63,891 nt of DNA from Perkinsela sp. CCAP 1560/9. Its lineage: Eukaryota; Protista; Euglenozoa: Kinetoplastea. Position numbers and translations under genes: made by a program. The stretch is taken from contig CBFFSA010000001.1 of NCBI GenBank assembly GCA_965644495.1, positions 434,001-497,891 of the forward strand, in the 5' to 3' direction. This document shows positions 1-13,002 of the stretch, piece by piece. A model generated the notes under the pieces. The model saw nothing but the letters and a program-made list of their open reading frames with translations, was not told where the DNA came from and made no database searches. Numbering within the stretch: position 1 is the stretch's first letter; every line of letters starts with the position of its first letter.

Positions 1-812
1 TGGTCATGGTCAGCCGCCCATTTGGCCTCGAAAGGCTGTGGGCCCTCAACCATCCAGATGAGGTGGCTGACAGCTCAGGTATATTCCGAGCCGTCACCGC
101 TCCTTTCGGAGCAGTTTGCATAGCCAATCGCAGATCGCCGCGATTGACCTTCATTCAGGATGGGAGCAAGAGACGCAGTTTCTTGACGTCTTGTGCTGAC
201 GCCGGGTAGCTCCATACTCGGAAAATGCGGTGGGGAGAGCTACGGGTGGCGCGTCGGGTGGCGAGGCGGAAGCGCGGCGGGTGGGGCGGGGGGAGCGCAG
301 TGGTGAGCGTGGCGGGGAGAGCGGCGGGTCGCGCGGTGGCAAGCGTGGCGGGGAGCGTGGCTGGGAGAAGGGGCACATGGGGGGTGTCAACAAGGTACAG
401 AATAAAATACCAGCCAACAGGGTGATGGTATATACAGTGTATAGCACTAAAATTGTTACGCTAAATATTTCACTCATTTCGAATATGGAGTGAAACCAGA
501 GAACCTTTTTCTCAACCCACCTTTTTGATGGTCTACCGCCAACCGAGATAAGTCGGCTATTGAAGAAGACCCGCTTGATGACCTTTTTCGAGATATCTTT
601 GAGAAGGATTAAGTGAAGTAGTGACAGGACACTAAAAATAAATAGAAATGACAAAAAAGAGAAAATAAAAAAAAACGCGACAAAAAAAAATATCGATCGA
701 ATCGATCGAAGTTGTATTTATAATTACTTATGAAAGGCATAGGAATTATAAGTCACAAGGGAGTAAAAGTGCTAGTTCAAGGTGTATTTATAATTACTTA
801 TGGAGGGGGGAG
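1..812. mobile_element. Probable right end of a Tc1/mariner-type DNA transposon remnant (left end outside window)
   Basis: Ends ...TTACTTATGGAGGGGGGAG followed by TA (813-814). The motif TGTATTTATAATTACTTATG occurs at ~713 and ~783. A minus-strand fragment from ATG at 215 reads ILNEGQSRRSAIGYANCSERS, which is HTH-like. Confidence 0.35.
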
Positions 813-1020
813 TAATTTGGTGTAGAACAAGAGAATTACACTATCATGGACCATTGATGGTATGAAAGAAATCTATGAATTATCTTTCTTCGCTTCAAAA
901 TGACTTTACATTAAAATTACTTTGGTAAAAACAGTGCGTACCACGAATGAGATATCAATCGGCCGAAATGTAATGTAAGCGTACAACTGACAAATAATGT
1001 GCGGTGCACGACGTTTGTTT

Positions 1021-2199
1021 TTAGAGCTCCGTGTGTAGTAATGGGAAATTGTTATCATCCCTCAAAACTGTACCAGGAGCAGTTTTATTAAGCAAGTTCT
1101 TTGGAATCCATGTACTCCTTAAACCGGTGAAAGTAGAACCTTCTGGAATTAAACTATATGATACGGCTGACCAACGATGAGAAGTAACGTTAGCTCCTAT
1201 GCCCATGAGAGTAGAGTGATCCACCAGTAAAATATCACCGGATTTGGGAAATATCGGTTGAATGTTTGTTTGAGAAATATCGTTGTCGTGCGGTATTATT
1301 TTTTGTTCCCCAAGCTTGTAATGTCGGTACCACAGACCGAAATCAAAGCTGACAGGCTGAGTGCGTTGCCTATGGATATCTTCCATTGTGGGAAACTCAT
1401 TTCGCATCACTTCCTGACTTCCTCGGATCAAACACGGGGCGCCATTCGTCATTGTAACGTCTTGAAGAAACAGCCACATAGTACATCCCCTTGACTCCAC
1501 CTCCCCTCGTGTATTGCTAAGACCAAGATAAGGTAAAACGCAATGCAAAGGTAGTGCATTGCTAAAGGGTTCTTTTACGAATAAGTCTTCACACCAGAGA
1601 CGTAGACCGACACAGCCGGTGAGTTGTGCCGCAGTGACGAAAGGAAGTACGGATGGGTTCGCAAGAAGAACATGCCTTCGAATGGTGTCGCAAGATTGAA
1701 ATAGGTTATAATGGTGAGTTCCCATGCTACGAATATACGCATGGAACTCGTCATAGTAATATCTTTTTCTCATCTCTTCATAAAACTTTGGATTATTCAT
1801 CCAATTCTTATCCTGCATAGTAGATTTCGCTTGCTCTTCGGTCATCATACGAGGACCAAATTTCTTTTGAAAGCGCTTTATCAAACGATCACGATGCTTT
1901 TCAGAGCGGCACTTAACATAATAAGTACGATTTCCTCGTGAGGGCACAGACGAAGTTGAGCCTCTGCTGAGTCCATCGTCGGTGCTGTTCATCGCACCAG
2001 GGGGCGCGACCTGAATAGTGCATAATGTCCCCTCCATTTTCTGTAGGGCACCAGGATACATTGATTGCCCTCGCTCTTTTGCCGCAGAATTGTATAGCGT
2101 ATTGATACCACTTAAGTGCTCGCACGGGACAGCTTGTTTTAGGTGAAGAAACCCTTCACGTCGGTACTGGCGCACCATGGATGCTAATGCCAAAGACAT
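1021..2199 (-). CDS. PhyH-like (2OG-Fe dioxygenase fold) protein, probably mitochondrial and possibly catalytically dead
   Basis: QYRREGFLHLKQAV N-terminus, MWLFLQDVTMTNGAPCLIRGS and KSGDILLVDH are PhyH-type motifs. The HxD and distal His ligands are not conserved. Confidence 0.6.
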   Translation of the reverse strand: MSLALASMVRQYRREGFLHLKQAVPCEHLSGINTLYNSAAKERGQSMYPGALQKMEGTLCTIQVAPPGAMNSTDDGLSRGSTSSVPSRGNRTYYVKCRSEKHRDRLIKRFQKKFGPRMMTEEQAKSTMQDKNWMNNPKFYEEMRKRYYYDEFHAYIRSMGTHHYNLFQSCDTIRRHVLLANPSVLPFVTAAQLTGCVGLRLWCEDLFVKEPFSNALPLHCVLPYLGLSNTRGEVESRGCTMWLFLQDVTMTNGAPCLIRGSQEVMRNEFPTMEDIHRQRTQPVSFDFGLWYRHYKLGEQKIIPHDNDISQTNIQPIFPKSGDILLVDHSTLMGIGANVTSHRWSAVSYSLIPEGSTFTGLRSTWIPKNLLNKTAPGTVLRDDNNFPLLHTEL

Positions 2200-2399
2200 T
2201 TCAAATTGATAAATTTAAGCACAAAAAATAAATTAGGCAAAAAATGTTCAAAATACAATTGAATGCAGTAATGTTCAATCTTTGAAGAAATACGATGTAT
2301 TGTCATGCCAAATTCATCCATTCCACGTAAAAAACTATGCGAAGTTGTACGTTAAGCTTGAGTAGATTCTTTTACAATTACAATTAGAAGTGTGGCAGA

Positions 2400-2774
2400 C
2401 TATCGTGAAGGACCCCTACCCTTTTGCATTTCTTCAGCCTGACGCATCTTTATCATTGCATCCCTAGCCATTTTTTCGTACCCTTTACTAAATTGACTGT
2501 ACGCACTCTCGGCGAACGTGGCGTACAATGTGGCATATTCTTCAATACATGTCATTTCGTCTACCGTTAATGTTGTGGATTGAGTATCTGAGATTGATGA
2601 GGCCTGTCCACGATAAGGCAGCATCTCAGTGTCCCTTACACTTGATGGAAGAACACATTTCAGGAACGCTTGGGCAGTTACACCGTGTAAGTCGTTTTCG
2701 CTATGCAAATAATTATAAGAGGCAAGTAATTCACGAGTCGTTTTATAAGGATTATTCGAGCTCCCGAAAAACAT
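2400..2774 (-). CDS. Hypothetical protein (124 aa)
   Basis: ATG-initiated ORF co-oriented with the cluster; no motif recognised. Confidence 0.5.
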   Translation of the reverse strand: MFFGSSNNPYKTTRELLASYNYLHSENDLHGVTAQAFLKCVLPSSVRDTEMLPYRGQASSISDTQSTTLTVDEMTCIEEYATLYATFAESAYSQFSKGYEKMARDAMIKMRQAEEMQKGRGPSR

Positions 2775-3251
2775 GAGTAGTTGTTGATGAATCGCTTAGT
2801 AATAAAGTGGATTTATAAACTAAAATTGTATCCACACGAATGCAACCAAAATAGTATTACGGGAGAGGATTAGATTACTAAACTTTAATGTGAAAAGATA
2901 AATTGCGACTACCAGCAGTCGTATTTAGATCCTATAGCTTAATGAATACTAATACAACATTTTTGTTTAAGAGAAATTAGTTCTTAGCAATTAGCATTTT
3001 TCTAATGACCATAAGGAAAACTCAGTAAATTATGGAATCGAATTAGACAAGATAGGAATAAACCCTCAAAATATGTTTCTAAGAAACGCTTTACAGAGTC
3101 TATACCTTTCAAATAGAATAATATAACTTGCACAAGATGAATTATTTTTTTGCATCCTAATACAAGCGGCTAGAGAAATGAAAAACACCGTGCTTCTCTA
3201 GCCCACCTAGCACAAAATAAATAATATTAATGCCGATACATTGCGACCCAT

Positions 3252-3725
3252 TTACTTGCGTCCAGAGTCATCCTTGAAGCTAACCACGGCTTCTCGATTC
3301 ATTGCAGTAATCACCACTACACTCACATCATCCCCGCCTTCATGAGCCTTACGAATCTTGTCCGCGAGATCTGCATCTTTGGGAAGATCCAAATCTTCCT
3401 TCATTGAGCCGTCGTCCAGCATTAGCGTAAGTTGGTCTGCTTGGATATCCATAATCTTGTACTCCGTGCGCTTCATCACAACACCCTGCATGTTGTGAGA
3501 TGAGGGACATACTTCTTCGTGCTTCTTGCCCTCAAAGATATCAAGTCCGATCACATGAGCTTTTGCGTGACCATGCTTCCCAGTCTTGCTTGTGGACATA
3601 TCAACCACTTTGCATGGGAAGCCATCCAAAAGTACAACGTCACCCTTTTTAACATTTCCAGCCTGAACGGGAAAGGTCAGAGACGCTCCCGCATCGGTGG
3701 ACTCAAAGGTTTCGTCGTCCGACAT
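3252..3725 (-). CDS. eIF5A: Translation factor eIF5A
   Basis: Hypusine motif STSKTGKHGHAK. Confidence 0.98.
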   Translation of the reverse strand: MSDDETFESTDAGASLTFPVQAGNVKKGDVVLLDGFPCKVVDMSTSKTGKHGHAKAHVIGLDIFEGKKHEEVCPSSHNMQGVVMKRTEYKIMDIQADQLTLMLDDGSMKEDLDLPKDADLADKIRKAHEGGDDVSVVVITAMNREAVVSFKDDSGRK

Positions 3726-4019
3726 TGTCTACTATGCAAACAAAGATAGCCTTATGAAAACTATGTATTCTTGACTAAAACTCGTTGGTATCATGTTTAG
3801 TTCGTATTTGGGCGTTATATATCAATTCAAACTTTTGCATGTAGAAGAAATAAAAAAGATATCATGCCTGTCTAAGGGATTTCGAATCTGAAAGGGGAAT
3901 ATTTCTTCAAAAGAAATTCTATACATATGTATGATCATTCAGCCCATTCAAAGTCAGGAATCAGCTCAACACAAAGAATTTAGTTCAGAATTCCTAAGGA
4001 ACATAGGAATACGTTCACA

Positions 4020-4940
4020 CTACTCGCTTTCTTCGTCTGATTCGTCCTGATCACGTTGGTTTGTAGTCGGAGAGGCGATGTCGTCTTCCTCCATAACTTG
4101 CGGCGGTGATCGCACGACACATTCGCCACCCTTCTCTTCCATACCCTCAGTGATCAGATCGACAGCCTTCTGTACTAATGCAATGCCTTCCGCTTTATCC
4201 ATCATCTGAGTCCGGACAGTATAGTGCGGTGCTGCAACAACATGAACCTTTATTGTGCTATCTTGGTCGATCTCCAACATTTCAGCCTTCGCAAATACTT
4301 CTTTGATACCTCGAATCCCTTCGGGAGTGTATAATGTTACCTCAACTTCGGCACGGATACGAAAGGCGGAGGCTTTCATACGGTGCTTGACCTCCTCCAT
4401 TAGACTTCGAAATATAGGCTCTGACTCAACAGTGAGTCCAATGACCGAAATTACTTTTTCAGGACTGCTTAGTGCAACTTTAAACCCATCATATGCATGA
4501 CCATAGCGACTGTACAAGGGCCATCCCACAACTTTATAAAGTTCTTCGGTGGAGTACTTCGGATTTCGCTGTACAGTAGACTGCAAAATGCCATGGACCA
4601 TTTTGGCGCGAGTGTAGCGTTCCTCACATTGCCTCATGTCAGACTCACTGACCCTTTTCTTTGATAGATCTACATAACCGCGAGCCTTGTCGACACGAAT
4701 TACGGTCATAACTTCCACTGATCCAACCTTGATGTGTTTCGAAATAGAACGGATTCGACGACGTGAGAGTTCGGTAAAAGGAACCATTCCCTCTAGGTGA
4801 TCGTACTCTATGAGCCACACGTACGCTGCAGAGTCCCCGACCGACTTGACCTTTACCATGACGAGGTCATCTAAATCTGGCACCGCCTTTTCGTAAAAGC
4901 GAAAGGAGGAGAAATTAGTCTTTCGCACCGGTTCAGTCAT
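4020..4940 (-). CDS. eIF2A: Translation initiation factor eIF2 alpha
   Basis: S1 domain with EGMVPFTELSRRRIRSI and VIRVDKARGYVDLSKKRV. Confidence 0.96.
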   Translation of the reverse strand: MTEPVRKTNFSSFRFYEKAVPDLDDLVMVKVKSVGDSAAYVWLIEYDHLEGMVPFTELSRRRIRSISKHIKVGSVEVMTVIRVDKARGYVDLSKKRVSESDMRQCEERYTRAKMVHGILQSTVQRNPKYSTEELYKVVGWPLYSRYGHAYDGFKVALSSPEKVISVIGLTVESEPIFRSLMEEVKHRMKASAFRIRAEVEVTLYTPEGIRGIKEVFAKAEMLEIDQDSTIKVHVVAAPHYTVRTQMMDKAEGIALVQKAVDLITEGMEEKGGECVVRSPPQVMEEDDIASPTTNQRDQDESDEESE

Positions 4941-5188
4941 AAAGATTAAGGAAATAAAGGGTGTGGTAGAAAACGAATCTCACTGTAGACATAAAAAAGG
5001 CATCAAAAAATTGGGTACGTGGCACATGATTCGTTGAAATATCAATGCAACCCACAAATCCTAATCACATCGCACATAAAAAAATCAAGAAGCTGAAGCC
5101 GCGCGAAAGTGGTGCCCCCCATTTCTTTTAGAATTCAATGTGCCCCCGAAAATACGTTTTTCTGAATGTACAACACGAGTTGTACGGT

Positions 5189-6487
5189 TCATTTGTTCCT
5201 TATTCGAAAGTATTCCCACATACCCCCGGGAGGGTATGTACCTCTTTGATCGTGTAAGATTTGTACTGCTCCACTGTCGTCACTGATAGCCATTACTCCC
5301 TGCATCATTCCAGGGCGGCACCAAATTCGTCGCAGGGGTGATCTTCCAAGCTCCAGCAGACACTGTTTGCTTGTGGGGGAACAAACTACAAGGTGGGATG
5401 TAAGAGACCCGCTCTCCCAAGCAGAGGTAAGCACAAGTGGCTCGGCACACACCGAGCTCGCCGCTCTTCCACACAACATGATGTCACACGGGCCCTCGGT
5501 TAGGGTTTCGAGACCCTCAAAACGCGAGAGGTGAGCATTTTCCTTGATCTTGCGAAGATCGTATATCACCACAGCCCCACAGTATGTTCGCACGGCCATG
5601 TAATGCTCCAGTAATGATAATCCACAAATACCCTCTTGGGAAACTTCTGTGCGGGAAGTGTGTTTCCTAGAGTGCAACCTCTCACTATCCCATAGCTGAA
5701 CTGCTCCATCCTGTCCCCCGGTCGCGAAATGCGTCGCTCCTCCGTAGAGTTGGGAACTCACGGCGGTAATAGGCACGCGCGCGGCAAGAGGGTTGCTCTC
5801 TCCATGTTTGATCACGGCTCTAGAAACAATGAAAGAACTGGCATCGGAAATATCATAGAGCCGTAAAGTTCCGTCCATCGAGGACGAGTAAAACCGTTTC
5901 GTGGATTCGAAGGCATTTTTCACCCACCCCACCTGTGAAATCGAAGATGTATGTCCGGGGTTTCGATACGCATCGCGTACAGTAGCCACACCCAGGGAGG
6001 TGACGGCGCAGAGTGACAAAGGCTCTGTAGAGGTTTCATTCAGTTGGTAGAGTCGACAATTAATACCCTCTGTTCCCGCTAACAATATATTCCTTCCGTC
6101 GCCAATGTCATTCGCGAAACTCGAACGCCATGCTACATCTGTGATTCCTACGACCGGCCCTCCGTCGTATCCAGGAAGACCCTCTAACACTTGAGAAGGA
6201 TTGCCCACCCCATTTGGCCGAGATATCGAATGGAGATGAACTTTTCCGTCCATCGCTCCAGACACCATCCATGAATTATCTTTACCACACTTTGCGCTAA
6301 TGTCTATTCCTCTGCATGAAGTCTCGTGATTTTGCACCTTCAAACAATGCGTAATTGGAACCCCTATGTGAGGCAAAAACGAATCAGCGGAAATCGACCC
6401 CTCCGTAGAAAATGGGACCAGTGACCGATTTACTCGCATTGCGGCAGTTGTCACTGACCGCAGTCCCGCGGAATCCACGCACGACAT
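5189..6487 (-). CDS. WD40-repeat protein (WDR70-like)
   Basis: WD repeats GHTSSI..SSSMDGTLRLYD and GGQDGAVQLWD. Confidence 0.75.
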   Translation of the reverse strand: MSCVDSAGLRSVTTAAMRVNRSLVPFSTEGSISADSFLPHIGVPITHCLKVQNHETSCRGIDISAKCGKDNSWMVSGAMDGKVHLHSISRPNGVGNPSQVLEGLPGYDGGPVVGITDVAWRSSFANDIGDGRNILLAGTEGINCRLYQLNETSTEPLSLCAVTSLGVATVRDAYRNPGHTSSISQVGWVKNAFESTKRFYSSSMDGTLRLYDISDASSFIVSRAVIKHGESNPLAARVPITAVSSQLYGGATHFATGGQDGAVQLWDSERLHSRKHTSRTEVSQEGICGLSLLEHYMAVRTYCGAVVIYDLRKIKENAHLSRFEGLETLTEGPCDIMLCGRAASSVCAEPLVLTSAWESGSLTSHLVVCSPTSKQCLLELGRSPLRRIWCRPGMMQGVMAISDDSGAVQILHDQRGTYPPGGMWEYFRIRNK

Positions 6488-7236
6488 GCACCGTGACTCA
6501 GTTTAATAAAGTGACATGAAAAGGAAAGAAATTTATGGGAGTGTCATAGTTCACAGAGATGCGTATTAGGCAAAGTAGCAACACATTGCCTCTCAAATTG
6601 AATTCAAATCTTAACCTTATTCCGTAATACCATGCTGTACAATAACTGTGAACCACGGAACAGAAGCCTACTCAATGTACCGAAAAATGCATGCTCGGCG
6701 AAAAATTATAATTTTTTTTCCTTTAACTCATAAGGGCCTTTACAGTGCGCCCTCCATAATGATTCCAAGAATTCGATTCTACGTGTGAGCAGTTTCAGCG
6801 CTGGTGGGGTGTCTCCTCATGTATTTAAGATTGAAGGCTGAAACCCCTGATTCATCATTTACACGAAGATAGTAAGAAAAAAATGAATAAAGTGAGAAAA
6901 GGAAACAAATGTGAGAAATTTTACTAAGAGAAATGTGACTGTACTACCAAAAAAAGTAATATGCACAAGCATCAGGTTCTTTGCATGTTTTCGTGAATCT
7001 TAAGATCTATCATATTTTTATCTTATTTTTCAATCTAAAAGGAAGTAAAAATAAACAAACAAATCAATGAAGCACAGATCCACGCCGTTGTGAAAACAAC
7101 GTTAAGAAAGAATGCACTCTAAAAGAATTCTTACTTCGTGAATCGCATATCTAGAACAAAAAAACCAATATTCTACAAACATTCTAAACTAGAGAAACCC
7201 CTAAGCTGCTTCAATCACCCAAAACTGCAATATTAG

Positions 7237-8277
7237 CTAAAGTGAATCGCTTAGCTCCGGGAGCGGCTGATCGGAAACCTCACCGCATTTTGATGAGGCA
7301 TATTTCCGTTTCACCGCGGTGTACTTGCTGCTCAGCAACACGTGGGCGTACTCCAATAACTGCTGGGCGACACTAAAGACATCGGGTAGAGTGTATCCCG
7401 AGTAGTGTTGCATCAGAGGAGTCCATGGCTCCGTGTGGCCCCGCGTACGACATGCGAGATACACACAGGCGGCAGCCACTAGACTCGGCAGATATCCGTA
7501 CATCGCGTAGCTCAGTAGGGATATCTCCGAGTAGTAAAAGGTGGCATGTGTCAATGAAGTGTCGGCGTCCATCACGTCTAACAGACGGCTTGTGAAGTGC
7601 ATTACATTCGGAGTTGTCAGTCGGAAGTGAAGCGCTCCACAAATAAGTCGTTCCATAGTGAGAATATCTTCTCGGGAGTACGTGTTGGCGCTAATGTACA
7701 CACAGTCTTTAATTTCAGGTGGCCATATTTCCTCATATTTAGCCGCGAGCAGTATCGCGGTAACACCCACGAGCTGAAGTGTAGATCGAGTGGTGCGTGC
7801 GACGGAGAGGTATCGGTCAACAATATCGACGGCAAGGAAGAGTGTCTCGGGCCGACACTTGAACTTCAGGTGTACCTCGACAAGCCAGTCAACAAGAATG
7901 GTTCGCATTTTTTCGCTCAATTCAGGTTGATGACTCAAGTAGGGGTCGCGCGAAAGTTGTTCCTCGGCGTGTCTCAGACTTGACATGATATCTTTCATAT
8001 ACTCTGCGGCGTACTGGGGATCAGCGTGTCGTCGCTTGTCGGCCTGTGGGGAGGCAGAGAGGTACGGCTGTGACTGTTCTACGGATTGGGTTAGAATCTT
8101 TTCTTTTTGAAGAAAAAGGGAAGGACAAGACTTGATTGCTTGACTGAGAACTGGAATCACATTGATATCTGCTTTAGCTAAAGGCATCGTACGTTGGGAT
8201 AATCCTTTGGATGGCTGAGAATTTTGGGAGAGTGCAACTTCTTGCTGGGAAAGAGAAAGCGCTGCTTCGCGGGGCAT
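7237..8277 (-). CDS. Mitotic-type (A/B-like) cyclin, copy 1
   Basis: Cyclin box MRTILVDWLVEVH and LQLVGVTAILLAAKYEEIWPP. Confidence 0.95.
   Translation of the reverse strand: MPREAALSLSQQEVALSQNSQPSKGLSQRTMPLAKADINVIPVLSQAIKSCPSLFLQKEKILTQSVEQSQPYLSASPQADKRRHADPQYAAEYMKDIMSSLRHAEEQLSRDPYLSHQPELSEKMRTILVDWLVEVHLKFKCRPETLFLAVDIVDRYLSVARTTRSTLQLVGVTAILLAAKYEEIWPPEIKDCVYISANTYSREDILTMERLICGALHFRLTTPNVMHFTSRLLDVMDADTSLTHATFYYSEISLLSYAMYGYLPSLVAAACVYLACRTRGHTEPWTPLMQHYSGYTLPDVFSVAQQLLEYAHVLLSSKYTAVKRKYASSKCGEVSDQPLPELSDSL
7301..8058. repeat. ~760-bp direct repeat (cyclin core), second copy at 10795-11552
   Basis: Near-identical DNA. I found only two substitutions by eye (aattcaggttg vs aactccggttg), both synonymous. 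Confidence 0.95.
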
Positions 8278-8814
8278 AAGCAGATATAGAAAATAATAAA
8301 ATAAGCCTGTTTGTGTGATAGTAGTATAAGGTTTCGAAACAGTCGGTAAATTTTACCGACTTCATAGCTTTTACTAAAAGCTATATAAAAAAATCTATAT
8401 GCTAAAAACTCGTGCTATATTTGTAGTGGCATCTGAAGAAAGAAACTCTGAACGATGTCAAGCCCAGCACATGTATACAGGGGTACCAGTATGCGTAACG
8501 CGGAACTAATACAGATGAAAAAGCAAAACTCTGACAATTGTGGAATTATAACGTTTTGTACTGGTATTATTCGTCTTTTACCAGTACTACAGTCCAATAC
8601 TACAGTCCACAGTGTACTATCTCTCATTAATACCAATGAAGGTCAGAAAAAAGAAGAAACCTCAACTTTCCATTCATGCAGGCGGGAAAGTCAATGCGAT
8701 GAACCAAAGTCAATAAAGATCATTACTTGGTGGTATCATTACTTAATATCTTTTCTTAGTGGTGCACGGACGACTTCTCCAATATAGTGTGGAACAAAGC
8801 GAAAATGAAGATTT

Positions 8815-10356
<1,542 letters not shown>

Positions 10357-10733
10357 TCACACAACATATTTAACGTGTTATTAAATAGACTGAGTTACTT
10401 ACGTGTACTACAAGAAATATTTCTGAAGCACATGACTTACATCGGCGAGTGCCTAATAAAGTTTACAACAGGCGGAGGAACATTACATTCAACAGAAATC
10501 GGAATTCCAGAAGACTAAAGAATCTGGCGCTACGAAACCAAAAACCCTTTTGGTTCCTTCTCATTGGTTTTTGGAATAGGGAGTCACACACCTCGTGGTA
10601 ACACTTACTACTACAAGGAACAATGGCTTACTGCTTCTAAAATCTAGTTCTACTTTTTAACTAATGAAGTAATTCTACTATAGAATCACCCATACAATAT
10701 GCCAAGGATAAGCTCTACAGACATACAGTGTAG

Positions 10734-11753
10734 CTAAAAATCTTCCCTCTGTGGAAGAGAACAAGATGCCGCATTTGCGTATTTATCCGTATCGTATTTC
10801 CGTTTCACCGCGGTGTACTTGCTGCTCAGCAACACGTGGGCGTACTCCAATAACTGCTGGGCGACACTAAAGACATCGGGTAGAGTGTATCCCGAGTAGT
10901 GTTGCATCAGAGGAGTCCATGGCTCCGTGTGGCCCCGCGTACGACATGCGAGATACACACAGGCGGCAGCCACTAGACTCGGCAGATATCCGTACATCGC
11001 GTAGCTCAGTAGGGATATCTCCGAGTAGTAAAAGGTGGCATGTGTCAATGAAGTGTCGGCGTCCATCACGTCTAACAGACGGCTTGTGAAGTGCATTACA
11101 TTCGGAGTTGTCAGTCGGAAGTGAAGCGCTCCACAAATAAGTCGTTCCATAGTGAGAATATCTTCTCGGGAGTACGTGTTGGCGCTAATGTACACACAGT
11201 CTTTAATTTCAGGTGGCCATATTTCCTCATATTTAGCCGCGAGCAGTATCGCGGTAACACCCACGAGCTGAAGTGTAGATCGAGTGGTGCGTGCGACGGA
11301 GAGGTATCGGTCAACAATATCGACGGCAAGGAAGAGTGTCTCGGGCCGACACTTGAACTTCAGGTGTACCTCGACAAGCCAGTCAACAAGAATGGTTCGC
11401 ATTTTTTCGCTCAACTCCGGTTGATGACTCAAGTAGGGGTCGCGCGAAAGTTGTTCCTCGGCGTGTCTCAGACTTGACATGATATCTTTCATATACTCTG
11501 CGGCGTACTGGGGATCAGCGTGTCGTCGCTTGTCGGCCTGTGGGGAGGCAGAAAGGTATGGGTGAGAAGATGAATTAGGATGAGCTAAGTGATGTTTCTT
11601 TCCAGCTGAATGTAGAGTGGCGTGACTTTTAATTGCATTGACGTTCGCGCTCGTTAGCGCCCCGGTACTCTGAGATACTATTTTTGGGTACTGGATTGTA
11701 AGGACATCGAATAGGGATTGTGCCTGTGTATGGGGTGTCGACTGAGGTATCAT
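10734..11753 (-). CDS. Mitotic-type (A/B-like) cyclin, copy 2
   Basis: Same cyclin core as 7237-8277 with different N- and C-termini. Confidence 0.95.
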   Translation of the reverse strand: MIPQSTPHTQAQSLFDVLTIQYPKIVSQSTGALTSANVNAIKSHATLHSAGKKHHLAHPNSSSHPYLSASPQADKRRHADPQYAAEYMKDIMSSLRHAEEQLSRDPYLSHQPELSEKMRTILVDWLVEVHLKFKCRPETLFLAVDIVDRYLSVARTTRSTLQLVGVTAILLAAKYEEIWPPEIKDCVYISANTYSREDILTMERLICGALHFRLTTPNVMHFTSRLLDVMDADTSLTHATFYYSEISLLSYAMYGYLPSLVAAACVYLACRTRGHTEPWTPLMQHYSGYTLPDVFSVAQQLLEYAHVLLSSKYTAVKRKYDTDKYANAASCSLPQREDF

Positions 11754-11998
11754 ACGTTGTGTGTCCGAGGAAGCAACAGATAATATGTACTTTTGTGGTT
11801 CCCCGTTCGAGTGAAAGTAATAAAAATATGAAGAATGATGTACTGCCCAATAATAAAGATGTGTTCAAAAAATAGTTGATTGTGTAAAAACGCCACTAAT
11901 AAACTGAGTGTATTATTTTGGACTTTTAGATACGATATGTGTACGTCAAAAATACATTTGTATTTTTTCTTACAGAATTATCAATTCTGTACATCTAT

Positions 11999-12811
11999 CT
12001 AAATTTTGTGAAGATTATCTAATTGATTTCTGATCTCATCCGTCTTAGAAAGACACTCATTCGATTCACCTAGCAAGCGTTCTAAGCTTTCTACCCGAGA
12101 AAGGCATTCTGATTGCTCACTGGAGAGAGACTGCTGTTCGCGACGCACGGCAGAAATCTTTTCTTGCATATCTTGTATCGAAACTTGTGCCTTTCGCCGC
12201 TCGCGCACAACGTTCCCTAATTGTTCGTCCAGCGTTGCTTTTTCCTCTGATAAAATACGTTCTTTCGCATATAATTCCTTCATGTAACGCTCGGTTTCAT
12301 ATGCTTTTTGTCGCTTTTGGGTCAGCACCTCCAATTTTTGTTTCAGCAACGAGATCTCTCGGTCTTTTTCGTCTAACACAAGCGCAAGTGCGTTCTTCTG
12401 AACAGTAAGACTGGAAATGGCTTCCGCATGCGTACCTTCTATTTGGGCATATTCTTCCCGCACTCGAGACACATGAGCGGTACATTGGCGGTGCTCTTCT
12501 TCGTATGCTTTTTGTTGAGTCTCAAGCGCTTGTTCGAGTCTCTCGATTTCATCCTTTTGTGACTCGCACAAAGCGATGTACCTTTTTCTTGTCATTTGTT
12601 TTTGCTGTAACATGTTTTGCAAGTGAGAAATCTCTTGTTTCATATTCTCTGTCTCATTATTCTTTCCCTGCACTACTTGTCGAAGCTCTCGGAGTCTCTG
12701 ATCCGAACTTTCCAATTCTCTTTCCTTGGCCCTCAGTGTCTCAAGTTGCTCACCAAACGCAAAATCCGAAGGTCCAGGGTTTCTAAGAGGAGGTGTCTTA
12801 CTTCTTGACAT
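11999..12811 (-). CDS. Coiled-coil protein
   Basis: 270-aa E/K/Q/R/L-rich heptad sequence. Confidence 0.75.
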   Translation of the reverse strand: MSRSKTPPLRNPGPSDFAFGEQLETLRAKERELESSDQRLRELRQVVQGKNNETENMKQEISHLQNMLQQKQMTRKRYIALCESQKDEIERLEQALETQQKAYEEEHRQCTAHVSRVREEYAQIEGTHAEAISSLTVQKNALALVLDEKDREISLLKQKLEVLTQKRQKAYETERYMKELYAKERILSEEKATLDEQLGNVVRERRKAQVSIQDMQEKISAVRREQQSLSSEQSECLSRVESLERLLGESNECLSKTDEIRNQLDNLHKI

Positions 12812-13002
12812 TTACATCAAATAAGAAAAATGTAATGGGGCAAGTGGAAAAAAGCTTTTATGATTCATACAATATTATTATTCGGAGTATTTTAAAAAGA
12901 AAGAAAGAGAGAAAGAAATTCAAAACTAGAAATACTAAAAAAAAGAAATACAATGTAAAATAGGAAATTTGACACTCATAAACTCTTCTAGTATGTACGT
13001 AT

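Noticed and set aside
151-654. 167-aa Pro/Arg-rich ORF
   Set aside because: Non-ATG start and a product of the low-complexity G-rich tract.
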